Numbered from the stretch's first letter, positions 39,234 to 49,075 are shown. The stretch is 64,000 nucleotides of DNA from an uncultured delta proteobacterium (GCA_963778115.1 CAVZSV010000005.1:288001-352000); one strand, 5' to 3'. Translations and numbers: made by a program. The notes: generated by a model from the letters alone, not told the origin.

Positions 39234-39929
39234 TCACCCCTGCCTTGTCGTGCGCTTTTCAATCCGCTTTTGGTAACCCCTGCCTTGAAAGATCCGCTTC
39301 ACGTAAATACCTGGAACATGAACCTGTGCTGGATCAATCTCCCCCACAGGGACCATCTCTTCCACTTCAGCGATCGTTTTATAGCTTGCGGTTGCGATCA
39401 TGGGATTAAAATTGCGAGCCGTTCCTCGAAACAGGAGATTGCCCATGGCATCTCCCTTCCAGGCTTTAACCAATGAAAAATCCGCGAACAGAGAGCGCTC
39501 CATTACGTACTGCCGTCCCTCGAATTCACGAGTCTCTTTTCCTTGCGCAATTAAAGTTCCAAATCCCGTCGCTGTGTAAAATGCGGGGATGCCGGCACCT
39601 CCCGCACGGAGCTTTTCTGCTAGCGTTCCTTGGGGAGTGAGTTCCAACTCTAACTCTCCCGACAACACGAGTTGCTCGAAAAGTCGATTCTCACCGACGT
39701 AGCTTGAGATCATCTTTTTGACTTGGCGTTTTTGCAGAAGTAACCCGATGCCAAAATCATCCACCCCTGCATTATTGGAAATGCACGTAAGATTTTTGAC
39801 ACCCTTCTTTTCTAGTGCGGCGATACAGTTCTCAGGAATACCGCACAAACCAAAACCCCCGATAGCCAATACAGCTCCATCGAAAACATCTTTGACCGCT
39901 TCATCGGCATCCCTTACCAGCTTATTCAT
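39234..39929 (-). CDS. scoA: 3-oxoacid CoA-transferase subunit A
   Basis: GGFGLCGIPE, SNNAG, PQGTLAEKLRAGGAGIPAF, TARNFNP. Confidence 0.93.
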   Translation of the reverse strand: MNKLVRDADEAVKDVFDGAVLAIGGFGLCGIPENCIAALEKKGVKNLTCISNNAGVDDFGIGLLLQKRQVKKMISSYVGENRLFEQLVLSGELELELTPQGTLAEKLRAGGAGIPAFYTATGFGTLIAQGKETREFEGRQYVMERSLFADFSLVKAWKGDAMGNLLFRGTARNFNPMIATASYKTIAEVEEMVPVGEIDPAQVHVPGIYVKRIFQGRGYQKRIEKRTTRQG

Positions 39930-40057
39930 AGTTTGGTTAATCCCTCAAAACGCCCCATCTTAATCGCTTTTTAATACGTGTAAATGGCTGCCTTTAGTGA
40001 TCGTTTCCCTCCTTTGGGGGCCTTTTCGTGGCATAGATCTGCTGTCATACTATTCGA

Positions 40058-40396
40058 ATGGCGAAGCGGATTGATTACCATTCAGAGGACGTCGAAATCA
40101 CCCACGTCAAAGGAAGCGGCCCCGGGGGCCAGCATCGCAACAAGCGAATGACTGGCATCCGTTTGGTTCATAAGCCCACCGGTATTGTCGTGATGGCCAC
40201 TGAACGCCGATCCCAGGAACAGAACCTCGGCGCCGCATTTTTACGCCTCGCAGAAAAGTTGGAGGCCTTCTTTTACAAGCCACCGCCTCGTTTTAAGACT
40301 AAAAAGACGCTTGCCGCCAAAAGGCGTCAGCTAGATGCGAAGAAGCACAGGTCTTCCACTAAGATGGCCAGACAAAAGCCCAAATACTCGGATTAA
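40058..40396 (+). CDS. GGQ release-factor-like peptidyl-tRNA hydrolase (ArfB-like)
   Basis: KGSGPGGQHRNK, HKPTGIVV, RSQEQN, basic C-terminal tail. Confidence 0.85.
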   Translation: MAKRIDYHSEDVEITHVKGSGPGGQHRNKRMTGIRLVHKPTGIVVMATERRSQEQNLGAAFLRLAEKLEAFFYKPPPRFKTKKTLAAKRRQLDAKKHRSSTKMARQKPKYSD

Positions 40397-40478
40397 CACC
40401 CGGACTACCAATGGGGACAGCGTGGATTGAAGGGGAATCTGTTTCCCCCCTCCGGCCTTTCCGATATAATTAAAATAC

Positions 40479-41249
40479 ATGGGAATTTTTATCAAAGTGC
40501 TACAGGGCTCCTATGCCTATCTTTTGATCTTTGAGATCGTAGTCGTTTCACTTCTGTTTTTAACTTTTTTGTGGATGTTAGTTCGTAGAATTAGGGAAGC
40601 AGAAGCCACCGACGAGGTGGAACTTTCACCATCGCCGAGAATTGAAACCGCGCAGCCTCAGCCAACCGTTCCGGCCGCTGTCGCTGCTGTCGTCGAAGCC
40701 AATAAGACACTTCAGGATTTAAAAACTCAAATCACCGTCCTTGAGGAAGAGCCGGGTAAAGCGGATTCGCTAAACCATCTGAACGAAGAGTTGCGCGAAA
40801 AAGTTCGCTACTTGGAATCGAAGCTGCTGGAGTATGAAATTTTACAAGAAGAGATCGGAACTCTGAGCACTTTGAAAGCTCAGAACGAGGAGTTACGACA
40901 ACAATTAGTCCTTTCCGGAAAAACACCGCCAAACCCGACGTCAGAAGGGGAGCGCACCCCCTCTGAGCCTAGCACGATGAACTCAGGCACTGCGGTAGGA
41001 GTTGAATCTGCCGATAGGGGAGATTACCAGAAAGAGCCAATTCTCTCGTCGACATTTAGCTCAACTCCGCCCTCGGAGAGTGAACCAAAAAAAGATGACC
41101 TTCACGAGATGACCGTTTCTTTTTCAGAAAAAACGATTCCCCACCCCACTAGCCAGGCTGAACCCGTGAAGCAAGCGTCCGCTCCCGAGGCAGTCTCAAT
41201 CGCTGGCCTAGAGAAATTACTTTCCCAAATCGACGAACTCACTAAATAA
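40479..41249 (+). CDS. membrane-anchored coiled-coil hypothetical protein
   Basis: N-terminal TM, LESKLLEYEILQEEI coiled coil, low-complexity tail. Confidence 0.75.
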   Translation: MGIFIKVLQGSYAYLLIFEIVVVSLLFLTFLWMLVRRIREAEATDEVELSPSPRIETAQPQPTVPAAVAAVVEANKTLQDLKTQITVLEEEPGKADSLNHLNEELREKVRYLESKLLEYEILQEEIGTLSTLKAQNEELRQQLVLSGKTPPNPTSEGERTPSEPSTMNSGTAVGVESADRGDYQKEPILSSTFSSTPPSESEPKKDDLHEMTVSFSEKTIPHPTSQAEPVKQASAPEAVSIAGLEKLLSQIDELTK

Positions 41250-41252
41250 GTT

Positions 41253-41281
41253 CACAGAAAGGTAGGCCGTACCTTTCTGTG
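41253..41281. repeat. palindromic element (REP-like or bidirectional terminator), copy 2
   Basis: CACAGAAAGGTA-GGCCG-TACCTTTCTGTG between convergent genes. Confidence 0.75.
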
Positions 41282-41282
41282 G

Positions 41283-41759
41283 TTAGGACTGGTCGGAAAG
41301 TAATTTTTCCATCCGTAAGATGTGCTCGATGCGGTAGAGCAGTACCTTCTCCTCAAGACCATCCGAGGGATACTGAAGCCACCCCGTGTAAAAGTCTTGA
41401 AATCTCTCCAAAGCTTTGCGAACCCGAACGCGGACCAAAGGGCGCTTATCGTCGGAAACGAGCTTGGCAAAGCTGAAGTCGACGGAAAAACGATACCTCT
41501 CGGGCAATTCAAGACTGCCTGGATAAGCCATCACTAAATCGTTATACGGTCCATTTACGATTTCAGACTGAATCCGCCCCGTATCTTTATTACTTAGCTT
41601 AAGTGGATATTCATTGAGCGCTTTTAAAGCCGCCAACCAAACGTCATCGTACGTCCCGACATACAAACGCGAATAAAAAGGCTCGCTCGGGGGTGTCGAA
41701 GCACAACCGAAGAGAGATAGTGCAAAAATGGCTAATAAAAAGGAGCGAAAAATGTTCAT
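41283..41759 (-). CDS. hypothetical lipoprotein
   Basis: Lipobox LFGC; YDDVWLAALKAL, KDTGRIQS. Confidence 0.75.
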   Translation of the reverse strand: MNIFRSFLLAIFALSLFGCASTPPSEPFYSRLYVGTYDDVWLAALKALNEYPLKLSNKDTGRIQSEIVNGPYNDLVMAYPGSLELPERYRFSVDFSFAKLVSDDKRPLVRVRVRKALERFQDFYTGWLQYPSDGLEEKVLLYRIEHILRMEKLLSDQS

Positions 41760-42103
41760 GACATGGCCAGTATGAAATCAGTTAGCAGAACTGACAAGCT
41801 TCAATGCCAAAATACCCTCGAAAAAGCCCCCTTTTTCTACTGCGAATTAAACTCGAAATAATTACCGCACTACGTCGACTGAAGAGCCTTTACCAGTAGG
41901 CCTTTTCAGCCTTTTCGTTTAAAACGGCTTATAGGCTCCTAAAAAACAGTGGCGGCGGCCACCCCCTTCGCCGAAATAACCTCCAAAAAAATAAGATCTG
42001 CAATTTTTCCAACCGTGGTTTTTGACGCGCCCTTCGAAACTCATAGTGCAAAGCCCTCCCAACCCCTTCTCATCCCCTGAATAAACCGCTATCGAAATTC
42101 TAT

Positions 42104-42135
42104 TTATTAGTTATAATTTTAGTTATCACTAATAA
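42104..42135. other. symmetric dif-like recombination site (13-6-13)
   Basis: TTATTAGTTATAA-TTTTAG-TTATCACTAATAA; arms 12/13 inverted; ATAA-N6-TTAT core; 45 bp upstream of the recombinase ATG. Confidence 0.75.
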
Positions 42136-42180
42136 GAAACCACCAATAGAGGCAACCCCATCTTTGAGGCTTAATTCAAC

Positions 42181-43401
42181 ATGGAAAACATCTTAAATCG
42201 CTTCCGCTTGTCTCTTTTCCCGTCGCGTTGGGTCGAAAAAGCCGTGTTCCGTGTGGTTGTCGGCCTGTCTCGCTGGCTCAGAAAATCGTCATCCGATCAA
42301 TGGAAAAAGGTCGTTTTTCAGGTCGAAGGTCGGGAAGGGGTCAGCCTAGGTCAACGCGAGATCGTGGCCTATAACGCAAATAAAGAGAAACGCCTGGAGA
42401 TAGGCCACCAGAGCGGATCTCCAGGTGACGCACCTAGTTATCATTCTATCCCGATAGTTTTGCCGAATTGGGCCAAAGAGATTTCGCCTTTCTTAGCCAA
42501 TCAATTGAGTGACCATACGCGTCGAGCCTATGAGACAGATCTAAAACAGTTCTTTCGGTTCTTAGAGGGGCGAATCGATCCCTTGAATCTGTCTTCGTTG
42601 GCTCCCGAACACATCATTTTGTTTCGCAAAGCCCTAGAAGAAGGCCGCCTCACCGGCCGAGCGATGGAGAAATCGACCATTAATCGAAAATTGGCCGTAG
42701 TGAAAAGTTTTTTGAACTGGTTGAAAGCGAACCGGGTGCTTTCTGATAACCCGGCTCTACTCGTAAAAGGCTTTCCCCAGTCCCAAGAGTCTTCGCTAAA
42801 AGGACTCTCGGATTCCGAAGTCACCCGCATTTTGGACTTGCCCAGTCAAAATTCGCGATCGGGCTCCCTCCATGGCGCAATCCTCAGCTGTCTACTCTAT
42901 TTGGGGCTTCGCAAGGGAGAGCTTATCGATCTTAAGGTGGGAGACATCGATGAACAGCGCGGGGTGCCCGTCGTCAAAGTAAGGGGGAAGGGCCATCGAG
43001 TACGAATCCTACCAGTGACCGATAGGGTCAGCCGCGCGCTCAAGCATTACTTTTTCGTTTGCCAGCGTAGCTGGTCCGAAAAAGAGGAGCCGCTATTTAT
43101 TCCCACGAAAAATCCCCGCACCCATACCCTCATCAAGCCGCTCAATCCCAATGCGATTAGCTACATCGTCATTCGATATGCGCGCAAAGCAGGCATTCTT
43201 AAACAGATATCCCCCCACTCGTGTCGGGCGACCTGTATCTCGAACGCTTTAGATCGCAAGGCTACCCACCGCTCGGTACAGCACCTGGCGGGATGGTCTA
43301 CCCCACTGATGATTCAGCGATACGATAAACGCCGCGAGGATCTTAAGAATTCAGCGGCGTTCCTAATCGACTACTCTGAGGAGGCTTCGGCTTCGGGATA
43401 G
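42181..43401 (+). CDS. tyrosine recombinase, Xer-like
   Basis: SDHTRRAYETDL, STINRKLA, GLRKGEL (R), RGKG (K), HSCR (HxxR), LAGW (H/W), QRYD (Y); start uncertain. Confidence 0.93.
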   Translation: MENILNRFRLSLFPSRWVEKAVFRVVVGLSRWLRKSSSDQWKKVVFQVEGREGVSLGQREIVAYNANKEKRLEIGHQSGSPGDAPSYHSIPIVLPNWAKEISPFLANQLSDHTRRAYETDLKQFFRFLEGRIDPLNLSSLAPEHIILFRKALEEGRLTGRAMEKSTINRKLAVVKSFLNWLKANRVLSDNPALLVKGFPQSQESSLKGLSDSEVTRILDLPSQNSRSGSLHGAILSCLLYLGLRKGELIDLKVGDIDEQRGVPVVKVRGKGHRVRILPVTDRVSRALKHYFFVCQRSWSEKEEPLFIPTKNPRTHTLIKPLNPNAISYIVIRYARKAGILKQISPHSCRATCISNALDRKATHRSVQHLAGWSTPLMIQRYDKRREDLKNSAAFLIDYSEEASASG

Positions 43402-43449
43402 GCCTACGCCGCGCTGCATCACCCAAGTAAACGCCCCTTACCGAAACGT

Positions 43450-43477
43450 TAAGGTCCCTCCATATTCTGTCCGATAA
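43450..43477 (+). promoter_or_regulatory. sigma-28-type promoter
   Basis: TAAG-N16-TCCGATAA, 43 nt before the epimerase ATG. Confidence 0.6.
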
Positions 43478-43520
43478 GTCTGTAGCACATCGAGATGTTA
43501 GGACATAAAGGGGCTACGGA

Positions 43521-44504
43521 ATGAAGAAAATTTTGGTTTGTGGGGCAGGTGGATTCATTGGAAATCATCTTGTGAGACGCCTTAAGAACCAAGGACACTG
43601 GGTAAGAGGAGTGGACCTGAAATATCCAACCTTCAACCCGGCGCCCATCGATGATTTTATTCAAGCCGATCTTTGCGATCAGACAAAATTCCCCAAGATC
43701 TTCGATCGCCAGTTCAACGAAGTCTACCAACTAGCCGCTGACATGGGAGGTGCGGGTTACATCTTCACTTCCGAAAACGATGCCAACATCATGTACAATT
43801 CGGCACTGGTAAATCTTAACGTCGTAAAAGCGTGTCACGCGACTAAAGTGGGCAAAGTCTTTTACTCCTCTTCTGCCTGTATCTATCCGGAGCACAATCA
43901 ACTAGACGCCGAGAACCCCAATTGCGAAGAGGCTTCGGCCTACCCCGCCAATCCCGATAGCGAATACGGCTGGGAAAAACTTTTTAGCGAACGGCTCTAT
44001 CTTAACTTTCAAAAGAATTTTCACCTGCCCGTGCGCATCGCTCGCTTCCACAACATTTTTGGACCCGAAGGGACTTGGACGGGTGGCAAAGAGAAAGCTC
44101 CCGCGGCTGTCTGCCGTAAAGTCGCAGAAGCTGTGCCGGGAGGTACCATCGAGATCTGGGGAGAAGGGACGCAAACCCGATCTTTTCTGTACATCGATGA
44201 GTGTTTGGATGGGGTCGAACGATTGATGAATGGATCTTTCTCAGGTCCGGTCAATATTGGCTCCGAAGAGATGATTTCCATTAATGATTTGGCAAAGCTC
44301 GTAATGAATATTTCAGGGAAGAAGCTGACCATAAAAAATATCCCAGGGCCCAGGGGGGTCATGGGAAGAAACTCTCACAACGAACTCATTCAAAAAAAGC
44401 TCGGGTGGGCACCTTCTAAGCCGCTACGCTTCGGCTTGGAAAAAACATACGCCTGGATTAGTTCGCAAGTGGATAGACAAAATCCCTTAAAGAAAGCAGC
44501 CTAA
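43521..44504 (+). CDS. NAD-dependent epimerase, GDP-mannose 3,5-epimerase-like
   Basis: GAGGFIG, LAADMGGAGYI, SSACIYP, YGWEKL, EKAPAAVCRK. Confidence 0.9.
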   Translation: MKKILVCGAGGFIGNHLVRRLKNQGHWVRGVDLKYPTFNPAPIDDFIQADLCDQTKFPKIFDRQFNEVYQLAADMGGAGYIFTSENDANIMYNSALVNLNVVKACHATKVGKVFYSSSACIYPEHNQLDAENPNCEEASAYPANPDSEYGWEKLFSERLYLNFQKNFHLPVRIARFHNIFGPEGTWTGGKEKAPAAVCRKVAEAVPGGTIEIWGEGTQTRSFLYIDECLDGVERLMNGSFSGPVNIGSEEMISINDLAKLVMNISGKKLTIKNIPGPRGVMGRNSHNELIQKKLGWAPSKPLRFGLEKTYAWISSQVDRQNPLKKAA

Positions 44505-44507
44505 CCC

Positions 44508-45314
44508 ATGAAACGATTCTTATTGGCTATCTCCATCGCTATGTTCTTCACCGCCTCGGCACAGGCGGAATACTTCTCGTTGCCCACGGTGCAACCTTCC
44601 ATGACCGATCCCATTTTTAGCACTCTCGCAGCGGCCTTTGCCTTTCGCCCCATGGAGACGGCGAGCGATTTAGGAGCGACTTGGGGAATTGCTGTTGGAG
44701 TCGGAGGAAGTGCGACCTCAACCTCGCTTATTTCGGGTATCTTTACAGGCCTACCCGCAAGTTACGTCCCCAATGCCGATATTCAGCTCGATATCGGTAT
44801 GCCCAAAGGGTTTACTCTCGAATTGGGAGCAATTCCCTCAATGGCCCTCGATGGGACCACCTTTTCGAAATACGAGGCGGGACTAAAGTGGACGTTGACC
44901 CGAACCCTTTTGCAAAAGCTTCCCTTCTCTCTGGCGGTCGCCGTTCAGTATGGAAAATCTTCGCTTTCCTATAATCAAGCCCTCTCAGGAGGAACCGTTG
45001 CGGTTTCTTACGGAGACTCCATGTACGGTGGCATGTTGCTAGCCAGTAAGTATTTAGGTGCTATCGGAATCGGAATTGAACCCTATGCGGGAGTAGGAAC
45101 TCTCTACCAATCGTCCTCACTCTCCGGGACGGGAACCGCATCTCTTTTTGGTTCGTCCTACCCGGTCGGGACCGATGCTATCAGTAATAGCGATGCCACT
45201 TTGTGGTTACAGGCGGGAGTGATGCTTAAGCTTGAAGTCTTAGCCATTACCGCCGAATACGACAGGTTTTTCGGCCTATCTTCCTACTCAACCAAAATTT
45301 CATTCCGATTTTAG
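44508..45314 (+). CDS. putative outer-membrane beta-barrel protein
   Basis: Signal peptide (AQA), amphipathic strands, C-terminal KISFRF. Confidence 0.7.
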   Translation: MKRFLLAISIAMFFTASAQAEYFSLPTVQPSMTDPIFSTLAAAFAFRPMETASDLGATWGIAVGVGGSATSTSLISGIFTGLPASYVPNADIQLDIGMPKGFTLELGAIPSMALDGTTFSKYEAGLKWTLTRTLLQKLPFSLAVAVQYGKSSLSYNQALSGGTVAVSYGDSMYGGMLLASKYLGAIGIGIEPYAGVGTLYQSSSLSGTGTASLFGSSYPVGTDAISNSDATLWLQAGVMLKLEVLAITAEYDRFFGLSSYSTKISFRF

Positions 45315-45337
45315 CAGGCCGATTGAGAAAGCGTTCT

Positions 45338-46567
45338 TTATTCCGCTACCGCAGGGTGTGCTTCGCCTAAGACAAAAGAAGCGCAGCGGCGCCATATGGA
45401 GCGTTTTTCTCTCTGATCCCAGCCCAACGCCGGAGTTTCGCCCTCACGAATCGAGATGGCTCCCAGGGCCACCGCAGTCCCTGTTACCGTCATCGTCCAG
45501 GTGATCACGTTTTCGATGGGAAGATGGCAAAGCTGTGCTATCGACGCGGCAGCCCCCACTCCGGAAAGGATCCCCAAGACTCCTGTCGTTAAACGATCGA
45601 TAGCCTCATGCTGTCTAGCGGGATAGCGTTCCTTAAGCCTCAAATTGAACGTATTCACCGCCAAATCCCACGTATATTCCCGGCCTATATCCCAAAGCAA
45701 AGTGAAAAGGAACGCCTTCGGAATGGTGTCCGCGCCGTCGATAGGAATTCCTAATTTCCACATCGCCGCTATGATTACCCCCGTGATGGAGGCATTAACC
45801 AAACTCCAGATCACAAAAGCTTCCGTCTGTTTGGCCCAACCAGGGACCTTGCCATCTTCAAAGTTAAACAACTTTCGGGAAAGCTTGGACCCTAAAAGGG
45901 TGTCACGCCAGTTGGAATTCTTGAAAACGAAAGCAGCTTCAATTCCCCCCTCTAAAAGAGCCATGATGGCAAGAGAGTAACCGGGAATATCCTCACCACA
46001 GAGCAAAGTGGCTCCTACGACAAGCCCTTGATAAACCAATTGGGTCATTGCGACCGAAAAACGGTGATTCCGCTCCTTGGCGTACCACGCTTGGCCTTTA
46101 GCTTTGATTTTTGCGAGCCATCCGCGAGGAAGTTTTTGAACGGCCGAAACTATTTTAGTGCTGGGTCTGGTCGCTATAAGGTGGGAAACCACCACTTCCG
46201 CTACCGGATTGCCTTCCACCTCAGGAAACGAAGGAGTAATGACGGTCAACGTGGCATCACTAGCCATCGGGTGCTCGGTGAGCATGTGCTCAATGGCAAG
46301 ACCCGCCGTAGCGGCCACATGGGGCCCTTCGAAGGAGCCGCTACTTACTTCAATAGTAAGCGGCCCTTGGCTTCCGTCTGGAGCAGTTACCTTTTCGGGG
46401 GGGGTACTAAAAGTGACTATGGAATTAGAATCTGTCGTCGGTCCGGTAGCTCCCACAGAGAGGGCTGGCGCCGCTGCTTCTAGCAAGAGGCTAAACGTCA
46501 ACAGGTGACAAAACAGACGATGGATTTTGAGTTGGCAACGTTTCTTCATCAATTTCGAATCAAACAC
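45338..46567 (-). CDS. hypothetical membrane protein
   Basis: 409 aa, signal-like N-terminus and about 6 hydrophobic segments. Confidence 0.65.
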   Translation of the reverse strand: MFDSKLMKKRCQLKIHRLFCHLLTFSLLLEAAAPALSVGATGPTTDSNSIVTFSTPPEKVTAPDGSQGPLTIEVSSGSFEGPHVAATAGLAIEHMLTEHPMASDATLTVITPSFPEVEGNPVAEVVVSHLIATRPSTKIVSAVQKLPRGWLAKIKAKGQAWYAKERNHRFSVAMTQLVYQGLVVGATLLCGEDIPGYSLAIMALLEGGIEAAFVFKNSNWRDTLLGSKLSRKLFNFEDGKVPGWAKQTEAFVIWSLVNASITGVIIAAMWKLGIPIDGADTIPKAFLFTLLWDIGREYTWDLAVNTFNLRLKERYPARQHEAIDRLTTGVLGILSGVGAAASIAQLCHLPIENVITWTMTVTGTAVALGAISIREGETPALGWDQREKRSIWRRCASFVLGEAHPAVAE

Positions 46568-46736
46568 CTCACAAAGTCGCAGCAGGTTGCAGACGTCTTT
46601 CCTGTAAAAACCATCCCGATCGCATGCGACAAAGACGAGTTATTATCAAAGCTTTTCAAGAATTTCGACAATTCTTTTTGATTATTATTAATTTTCTTTC
46701 AGATTTTGCTTTCTCAGATCCGGGCGATGGCGCCCA

Positions 46737-49067
46737 ATGTGCCGCCTCCCTCACATTATCGACGCAATCGAACCACGATCTATCGTTATGATCGACCGAG
46801 AAAGCTCCATTGCGGTGGCTATATTAATGATGTACGTCCTATTTTTTCTCTCCGGCTTTACCTCCCTTATTTTTCAGGTGCTCTGGCTAAGGGGTTTCTC
46901 CCTCATCTTGGGAAGTACGATCTACGCCATGGCCTGTGTGGTGACAGCCTTCATGATGGGGCTGGCGGTGGGAAGCTACGGCGTTTCCCAGTTGCTAGAG
47001 CGTGTTCCTAAATCGGTAAAATGGGGACTTTGCCTCTACGGAATTGCTGAACTCATTATAGGTGTCTCTGCTGCCACCATCTCCTATTCGCTGTTTCGAA
47101 ACGCTAACGGCTATATCCGATGGCTTTCGAGCTTTACCGACGCCCAGCCGTCGTTCACCGTCTTTGTCGCTCACTTTGTTTTTGCTATCTTGCTACTTGC
47201 TATTCCGACCGTTTTTATGGGCTCCACGTTACCGCTACTGGCCACAGCCCTCTCCGATCGCAAAAAGCTTCCCCGACTCTACGGTATTAATACTATTGGA
47301 GCCGCCGTGGGTGCTCTGACTAGCAGTTTCGTCCTTATTTACTATTTCGGCTGTATCCGAAGCGCGCTCCTCGTAGGAGCAACCAACGGCTTCATTTTTA
47401 TCACAGCGCTTTTCTTACAATGGCGGCGACCTCATTGCGACCAGGGCGGCCCTTGGTTACGCGAAATACAGGCCGCGGCAATTTCGCCCAATTCCTTTGG
47501 ACCCGTCGCCCGCCACCTGCCTTGGCTCATGGCCTGCATTTCAGGTTTTTCGGTTCTAGCAGCAGAGATCTCTTGGCACCGTTACCTCTCTTTATTTCTA
47601 GGCAACCGTATCTATGTCACTAGCATCACTTTATTTTTGGTCCTCTATTTCTTGGGATTTGCCGCAAGGTTAAGTCATAGGCTCATGAGGCGGTACCCGC
47701 CTCTTGTCGTCGTGATCGTGGCCTGTGCGGTCACCATCTGTTGCTTATCGGTGGGGTTTGTCCTGGAACCCTCCGCGATGCTCTCCATCTTATCCCCACC
47801 GGGCAGCCACTCCTTGGTCCTTAAAGTAGCAGCGGTAGGGTTTATTGTGTTTGCCATTATTCTTCCGGTCACCGCTAGCGGGATCATCTTTCCCGTCGCA
47901 ATGACCCTGTGCCCCCCCAAGGAAACAAATTATGAAGCTTGGATCGGAAAGCTATACGCCGCAAACACCCTAGCTGCCATTTTAGGCTCTCTTCTTGCGG
48001 GTTATTGGCTCATAGGCACTTTGGGATCCCACGGAATTTTGGTCCTCGTATCGGCCCTTTTCTGCCTCTTACTCACGCTGCTGGTGAGGCATTGTGATCT
48101 GAAACTGCGTAAAGATTTACGCATTTTGGAAGGGGTTTGTTATTTTTGCCTATTGGCTTCGCTACCCTTCGCCTTGAATCGTCCCCAGCTCTTTGGAAAT
48201 GCAAGTACGGTCCTTGTCGAAGAGGACGCTCACGGCCTATTCACGGTCGCTAGAGTGGACGCCCAAAGGCTTCGGGTACTGCAAAATAATACCGATCTGG
48301 TGTTTCTCTACGGAGATGACATCACCCAGTTCGTTCAGGAAACGCAAGCTTACCTTCCTCTTACCTTTTCGCCCCACCTTCATTCGGTCCTCAATATTGG
48401 AGTCGGCTATGGAATTACCGCGGGGGCCATGGCCAGATTCCCGGGAGTCGAATCGGTGGATGCGGTTGAGATAGTTCCCGCGATGTTGGCCCACGCCGCA
48501 CTATTTGCCGATCGCAACTACCGCTATTTCGAAAACCCCAAGATCAAACCCTACCTCAACGACGGTAGACACTTTCTGGCCATGAGCTCACGGGTTTATG
48601 ACGTCATCTCCATTAACGTCAGCGATCCTTATCTTCCGGGTAGCGCTAGCCTGTTTAGCGACGAATTCTATGAACTGGCCAAAGCTCACCTGGCTCAAGG
48701 CGGAGTCTTTTGCCAGCACCTATTCGGACCTGATGTAGGCTCTCTTTTTCAGGGGTTAAAGCGTCACTTCACTTCAGTAAAAATCTTTCCAGCCTACCGA
48801 AACGGAATCACCGTCATTGCTTCAGATGAGCCCTTGGTTGCCCATCAAAAAAAGGCACTCGATGAAGCGGTAACGGGCAGTACTCACCTCTTTGCTAGGC
48901 TTCCGCTCACATCGGCCGACCAATTTTTAACCCTCATCGACAAAGGGGATTCTATCGTCGAAAGACTCAGTCGAACTCCCGCATCCTTCATCAATAGCGA
49001 CTCCGAACCGGAGCTAGAGTTTCGCAGACTCGATGGCATCAACAATCTACTTTTCAGTAATCATTAA
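46737..49067 (+). CDS. fused MFS-like membrane domain / spermidine synthase-like protein
   Basis: LSGFTSLIFQVLWLR, LYGINTIGAAVG, LYAANTLAAILG, VLNIGVGYGITA, AVEIVP, NDGRHFL, YDVI; true start probably later (46788 or 46828 region). Confidence 0.88.
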   Translation: MCRLPHIIDAIEPRSIVMIDRESSIAVAILMMYVLFFLSGFTSLIFQVLWLRGFSLILGSTIYAMACVVTAFMMGLAVGSYGVSQLLERVPKSVKWGLCLYGIAELIIGVSAATISYSLFRNANGYIRWLSSFTDAQPSFTVFVAHFVFAILLLAIPTVFMGSTLPLLATALSDRKKLPRLYGINTIGAAVGALTSSFVLIYYFGCIRSALLVGATNGFIFITALFLQWRRPHCDQGGPWLREIQAAAISPNSFGPVARHLPWLMACISGFSVLAAEISWHRYLSLFLGNRIYVTSITLFLVLYFLGFAARLSHRLMRRYPPLVVVIVACAVTICCLSVGFVLEPSAMLSILSPPGSHSLVLKVAAVGFIVFAIILPVTASGIIFPVAMTLCPPKETNYEAWIGKLYAANTLAAILGSLLAGYWLIGTLGSHGILVLVSALFCLLLTLLVRHCDLKLRKDLRILEGVCYFCLLASLPFALNRPQLFGNASTVLVEEDAHGLFTVARVDAQRLRVLQNNTDLVFLYGDDITQFVQETQAYLPLTFSPHLHSVLNIGVGYGITAGAMARFPGVESVDAVEIVPAMLAHAALFADRNYRYFENPKIKPYLNDGRHFLAMSSRVYDVISINVSDPYLPGSASLFSDEFYELAKAHLAQGGVFCQHLFGPDVGSLFQGLKRHFTSVKIFPAYRNGITVIASDEPLVAHQKKALDEAVTGSTHLFARLPLTSADQFLTLIDKGDSIVERLSRTPASFINSDSEPELEFRRLDGINNLLFSNH

Positions 49068-49075
49068 AAAGGTCT

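Noticed and set aside
40460..40470. sigma-28 -10 box TCCGATAT
   Set aside because: No matching -35 box; it overlaps a TATAAT that explains the site equally well
42181..43401. Prophage or ICE integrase
   Set aside because: No excisionase, phage, relaxase or conjugation genes, and no second copy of the adjacent site in the window
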